The translations under genes were made by a program, and so were the position numbers. From Macrostomum hystrix (lineage: Eukaryota > Animalia > Platyhelminthes), in assembly GCA_950097015.1 (NCBI GenBank), contig CATNEN010000038.1:16616001-16680000 (forward strand): DNA of 64,000 nucleotides. The letters run 5' to 3'. Of this stretch, positions 59,486 to 64,000 are shown piece after piece (positions within the stretch are counted from its first letter, which is position 1; the number at the start of each line of letters is the position of its first letter). The notes beneath the pieces are model-generated. The model made no database searches. It was not told where the DNA came from and was given only the letters and a program-made list of their open reading frames with translations.

Positions 59486-61290
59486 GATTCAAACTGTCAC
59501 TCCAATAGATTCACACTGTCACTTCAATAGATTCAAACTGTCACTCCAATAGATTCACAATGTCACTACAATAGATTCACACTGTCACTCCAATAGATTC
59601 ACACTGTCACTCCAATAGATTCACTCTGTCACTCCAATAGATTCACTCTGTCACTCCAATAGATTCACACTGTCACTCCAATAGATTCACACTGTCACTC
59701 CAATAGATTCACTCTGTCACTCCAATAGATTCACACTGTCACTCCAATAGATTCACACTGTCACTACAATAGATTCACACTGTCACTCCAATAGATTCAC
59801 AATGTCACTCCAATAGATTCACACTGTCACTCCAATAGATTCACACTGTCACTCCAATAGATTCACACTGTCACTCCAATAGATTCACACTGTCACTTCA
59901 ATAGATTCACACTGTCACTCCAATATATTCACTCTGTCACTCCAATAGATTCACACTGTCACTCCAATAGATTCACTCTGTCACTCCAATAAATTCACAA
60001 TGTCACTCCAATAGATTCACACTGTCACTCCAATAGATTCACACTGTCACTTATATAGGTTCACAATGTCACTCCAATAGATTCACTCTGTCACTCTTGT
60101 AGATTCATTCTGTCACTCTTCTAGACTCATCGTCACTTAGCTCGTATATAGTTTCACACGGTCACTTACATAGATTCAATCTGTCACTCTTGTAGATTCA
60201 ATCTGTCACTCTTGTAGATTCGTTCTGTCAATCTTGTAGATTTAATCTGTCACTCTTGTAGATTCATTCTGTCACTCTTGTAGATTCAATCTGTCACTCT
60301 TGTAGATTCATTCTGTCACTCTTGTAGATTCAATCTGTCTCTCTTGTAGATTCATTCTGTCACTCTTGTAGATTCAATCTGTCCCTCTTGTAGATTCAAT
60401 CTGTCACTCTTGTAGATTCGTTCTGTCACTCTTGTAGATTCAATCTGTCACTCTTGTAGATTCATTCTGTCACTCTTGTAGATTCAATCTGTCACTCTTG
60501 TAGATTCATTCTGTCACTCTTGTAGATTCATTCTGTCACTCTTGTAGATTCAATCTGTCACTCTTGTAGATTCATTCTGTCACTCTTGTAGATTCATTCT
60601 GTCACTCTTGTAGATTCATTCTGTCACTCATGTAGATTCATTCTGTCACTCTTGTAGATTCAATCTGTCACTCTTGTAGATTCAATCTGTCACTCTTGTA
60701 GATTCATTCTGTCACTCTTGTAGATTCATTCTGTCACTCTTGTAGATTCATTCTGTCACTCTTGTAGATTCAATCTGTCACTCCTGTAGATTCAATATGT
60801 CACTCTTGTAGATTCAATCTGTCACTCTTGTAGATTCGTTCTGTCACTCTTGTAGATTCACACTGTCACTCCAATAGATTCAAAATGTCACTCCAATAGA
60901 TTTACACCGTCACTCCAATAGATTCACACCGTCACTCCAATAGATTCACACCGTCACTCCAATAGATTCACACCGTCACTCCAATAGATTCACTCTTGCA
61001 CTCTTGTAGATTCATTCTGTCACTCTTGTAGATTCATTCTGTCACTCTTGTAGATTCAATCTGTCACTCTTGTAGATTCAATCTGTCACTCTTGTAGATT
61101 TAATCTGTCACTCTTGTAGATTCAATCTGTCACTCTTGTAGATTCATTCTGTCACTCTTGTAGATTCAATCTGTCCCTCTTGCAGATTCAATCTGTCACT
61201 ATTGTAGATTCAATCTGTCCCTCTTGCAGATTCACACTGTTACTTCAATAGATTCAAAATGTCACTCAAACAGATTCACTCCGTCACTCA
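59486..61290. repeat. 22-bp minisatellite with two alternating subtypes
   Basis: A: ACTGTCACTCCAATAGATTCAC; B: TCTGTCACTCTTGTAGATTCA(A/T). Confidence 0.97.
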
Positions 61291-62049
61291 GATAAATTGA
61301 CGCTAAAAAACAAATTCAAGATGAGCAGCAAGTGGCTCACAGCTGGAATGCCATTTCTCGAAAGTCAGCTCAATAAATCAGGATGAGCTTGCTAGAAAAG
61401 CTCCCCTATGAGTTTATATCCAAGAAAAATCTTTAATCATCATCTTGAGCAACACAGAATAACTGCATCTCGTTAACACTTCTGCTTCAATATCTCACCC
61501 GGGCCTCGAAATTTTTTTCAGACTTCAGACCCGGTGATAATTGCCGGCCCTACCCCTAGGCCGCATCTGGTAGTTCTATTTATAAGTTGCAGACAGCCTT
61601 CGGGCCAAAATAACAGCCCATGTGGCTAGGCTGATGTGGTCCATCGACCTACCAGCCTCAGAGTTGAAAGGGAAAATTAAGACTCATACCGAGTACTGGG
61701 GGTGGGTTTTCGGAGCAGCAATCAAGCCAAACCCCCGACGCATTCGATATGACCCCGGCAATCTTGAAACCTTCACCAAGAATCTTCAACACCAACCGAC
61801 TCGGAGTCGGGGGCCCCGTCTAAGGGCATGGGGCTAACTCAATTAGCTGTGTAGGAGGTTAAAATATTCAGCTATCTCTCGCTAGCAAGTGGCGTGAGCG
61901 AAATCATAGCCTATGGGCTAGCGAGCCAGTTCTAATCAGCCGAACATGCGGCCGATCCTTCCATATTCTATCATTCGACCAATTATTCCCATAAATCCCA
62001 TATAGCTCGTAGCATTCACCGAGTGGAAAATCTTGATTGGTATCTCTCA

Positions 62050-62600
62050 ATGAATCTTCCCAGGATGTTTTTCAGGAATCTTCCAAGGACTCTTCATAGG
62101 AATCTTATCAGGAATCGCAACTGGAACTTTTAATCGGAATTTTCCCTGGAATCTTCCCAGAAATCTTACCCAGAATCTTCCCTGGAATCTTTCCTGGAAT
62201 CTTCCCTGGAATCTTCCCTGAAATTCTCGACTGGAATCATCCCTGGAATCTTCCCTCGAATCCTCCCTGGAATCTTCCCTGGAATCTTCCCTGGAATCTT
62301 CCCTGGAATCTTCCCTGAAATTCTCAACTGGAATCATCCCTGGAATCTTCCCTCGAATCCTCCCTGGAATCTTCCCTGGAATCTTTTCTGTAATCTTCCC
62401 CGGAATCTTCCCTGGAATGTTCCCTGGAATTTTCCCTGGAATCTTCCCTGAAATCTTCCCTGGAATCTTCCTTGGAATTCTCAACTGGAATCTTAACGGA
62501 ACTCTTATAGATAAGAATTAGAATTATAATTAATTAGAATCATCCCTGGAATCTTCCAGGAATGTTCCTAAGAATCGTCATTTAAATTTTTCCAGGAAAC
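62050..62600. repeat. 12-bp tandem repeat (GGAATCTTCCCT)n
   Basis: Direct tandem units. Confidence 0.92.
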
Positions 62601-62913
62601 TCTGTCAATATCGTTGTTTGCATCCTCTTATCTGACAGTTGCTGTTTTGCTATTTATCACCTTTGTATTGGAAGATTTGAAGCAATATTATGTTTCGTGG
62701 CAAATTATGAGACCCACGCAATAGTACCCATTTTTATCGATGGCACTTATATTATTATTTCCCATGCAAAGCTAAGCGCCATGAGAATGTTACCCAGTGT
62801 CAGCTGAGCACTTGTCAAGAATCCAACGCTGCGTGTGAAAATGTAAAATTGCATCATTAATGAGCTCAGGTGAGAATGGAATCACAAGAAATGGATGGAA
62901 ATGGAATCACAGG

Positions 62914-63278
62914 AGGTGACACTGTTATTAGGAAAACTGTGAACACCCCACCATCACAGGTGACACTGTTATTAGGAAAACTGTGAACACCCCACCATCA
63001 CAGGTGACACTGTTATTAGGAAAACTGTGAACACCCTACCATCACATGTGACACTGTTATTAGGAAAACTGTGAACACCCTACCATCACAGGTGACACTG
63101 TTATCAGGAAAACTGTGAACACCCCACCATCACAGGTGACACTGTTATTAGGAAAACTGTGAACACCCTACCATCACAGGTGACACTGTTATCAGGAAAA
63201 CTGTGAACACCCTACAATCACAGGTGACACTGTTATCAGGAAAACTGTGAACACCCTACCATCACAGGGGGTGACACA
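62914..63278. repeat. 44-bp minisatellite (GGTGACACTGTTATTAGGAAAACTGTGAACACCCCACCATCACA) x8
   Basis: Eight near-identical contiguous units, no spacers. Confidence 0.96.
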
Positions 63279-63857
63279 GCGATGTGAAAAACCGTTAACT
63301 TTTCCGTTGAAAGTATCTATGCAACTTTTAGTTAGAATAGCATGAGTACAAGCATTACTTAACTTAAAATTCGTTTAAGACGGTTAGGGTCTTGGGTTTC
63401 GGGGTTGGTTACAAACAGTATCCAAGAGTTCTATGCCATTTACTACTTTGCTACACAATTAAATTGATTCACTTATATCTCGCATGGCATCTCTGGCCGG
63501 GACAGTTCCGACTGTCTATGAAGTGACAGCGCACTGGTCTGCAGGCTGAGGATGGTAGCATTGGGCTGCAAAATTCCCTCAAACTTAAGCGTCTGTCAGT
63601 TAAGGATGCGGTTTTGGGGATTCAAGAAGCAATCTCAGAGGGGCCCACTTTTCTTATTAAATCTTATCAAATAGATGCTTAGTCCCGCGAAGGCACTGCA
63701 CCCTACTCAGTGCTCAGCTCACAATTCGATATCGAGCTATGGGAATGAGCTGTCAGTCGAACCACATTTCTTAGAAATTGATTCCCATATTGGCTTGGCT
63801 TGAGTTGGCACTTAGGGTAATTTGGGCCCAGTTATCTTGCTGCTGCATCAGGTCAGT

Positions 63858-64000
63858 GGAAATGTAATGGAAATGGAATGGAAATGGAATGGAAATGGAA
63901 TGGAAATGGAATGGAAATGGAATGGAAATAGAATGGAAATGGAATGGAAATGGAATGGAAATGGAATGGAAATGGAATGGAAATGGAATGGAAATGGAAT
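63858..64000. repeat. 11-bp satellite (GGAAATGGAAT)n running off the window
   Basis: Direct tandem units. Confidence 0.95.

Noticed and set aside
62914-63278. CRISPR-like regular repeats (also the 35-bp array at 36.7 kb)
   Set aside because: Units are contiguous with no unique spacers; eukaryotic context; no cas genes.
63858-64000. Telomere at the window end
   Set aside because: The unit is GGAAATGGAAT, not TTAGGG; the window edge is arbitrary.

Overview
Eukaryotic (animal) genomic DNA. A free-living flatworm such as Macrostomum is my guess from gene style and the protocadherin ending in SFV; it is not proven. All 12 recognisable genes lie on the minus strand. From right to left: a 7-cadherin-repeat delta-type protocadherin (4 coding exons, 41531-51127), an uncharacterised polyQ/Ser-rich multi-exon gene (34.3-38.0 kb), then ten closely spaced, intron-poor housekeeping genes: IDH3G, BET1L, TMEM53/DUF829-like, a BTB protein, COMMD10, UCHL5, a divergent profilin, USP4/11/15, GFOD1/2 and DPP8/9 (runs off the left edge). 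The most interesting signal is a candidate polycistronic unit of at least 33 kb resolved by spliced-leader (SL) trans-splicing. Four observations support it. (1) There is one CpG-rich promoter-like patch at ~32.9-33.7 kb. (2) A ~2.3 kb strongly CpG-depleted tract lies directly downstream of it, a methylation-decay footprint also visible as CG>TG/CA changes in an adjacent SINE. (3) Splice acceptors sit just upstream of most start codons. (4) Two genes (IDH3G, COMMD10) have first conserved exons that begin at a phase-0 acceptor without their own ATG, as expected if an SL ending in AUG supplies the start. The non-coding space holds two tRNA-derived SINE families (one CORE-type), hAT MITEs with 8-bp TSDs that carry a 16-bp minisatellite, a fold-back TIR element that repeatedly receives other insertions, and about 17 tandem arrays, many sharing a (T/C)GTCA(C) core. 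Exon models and counts were read by eye.
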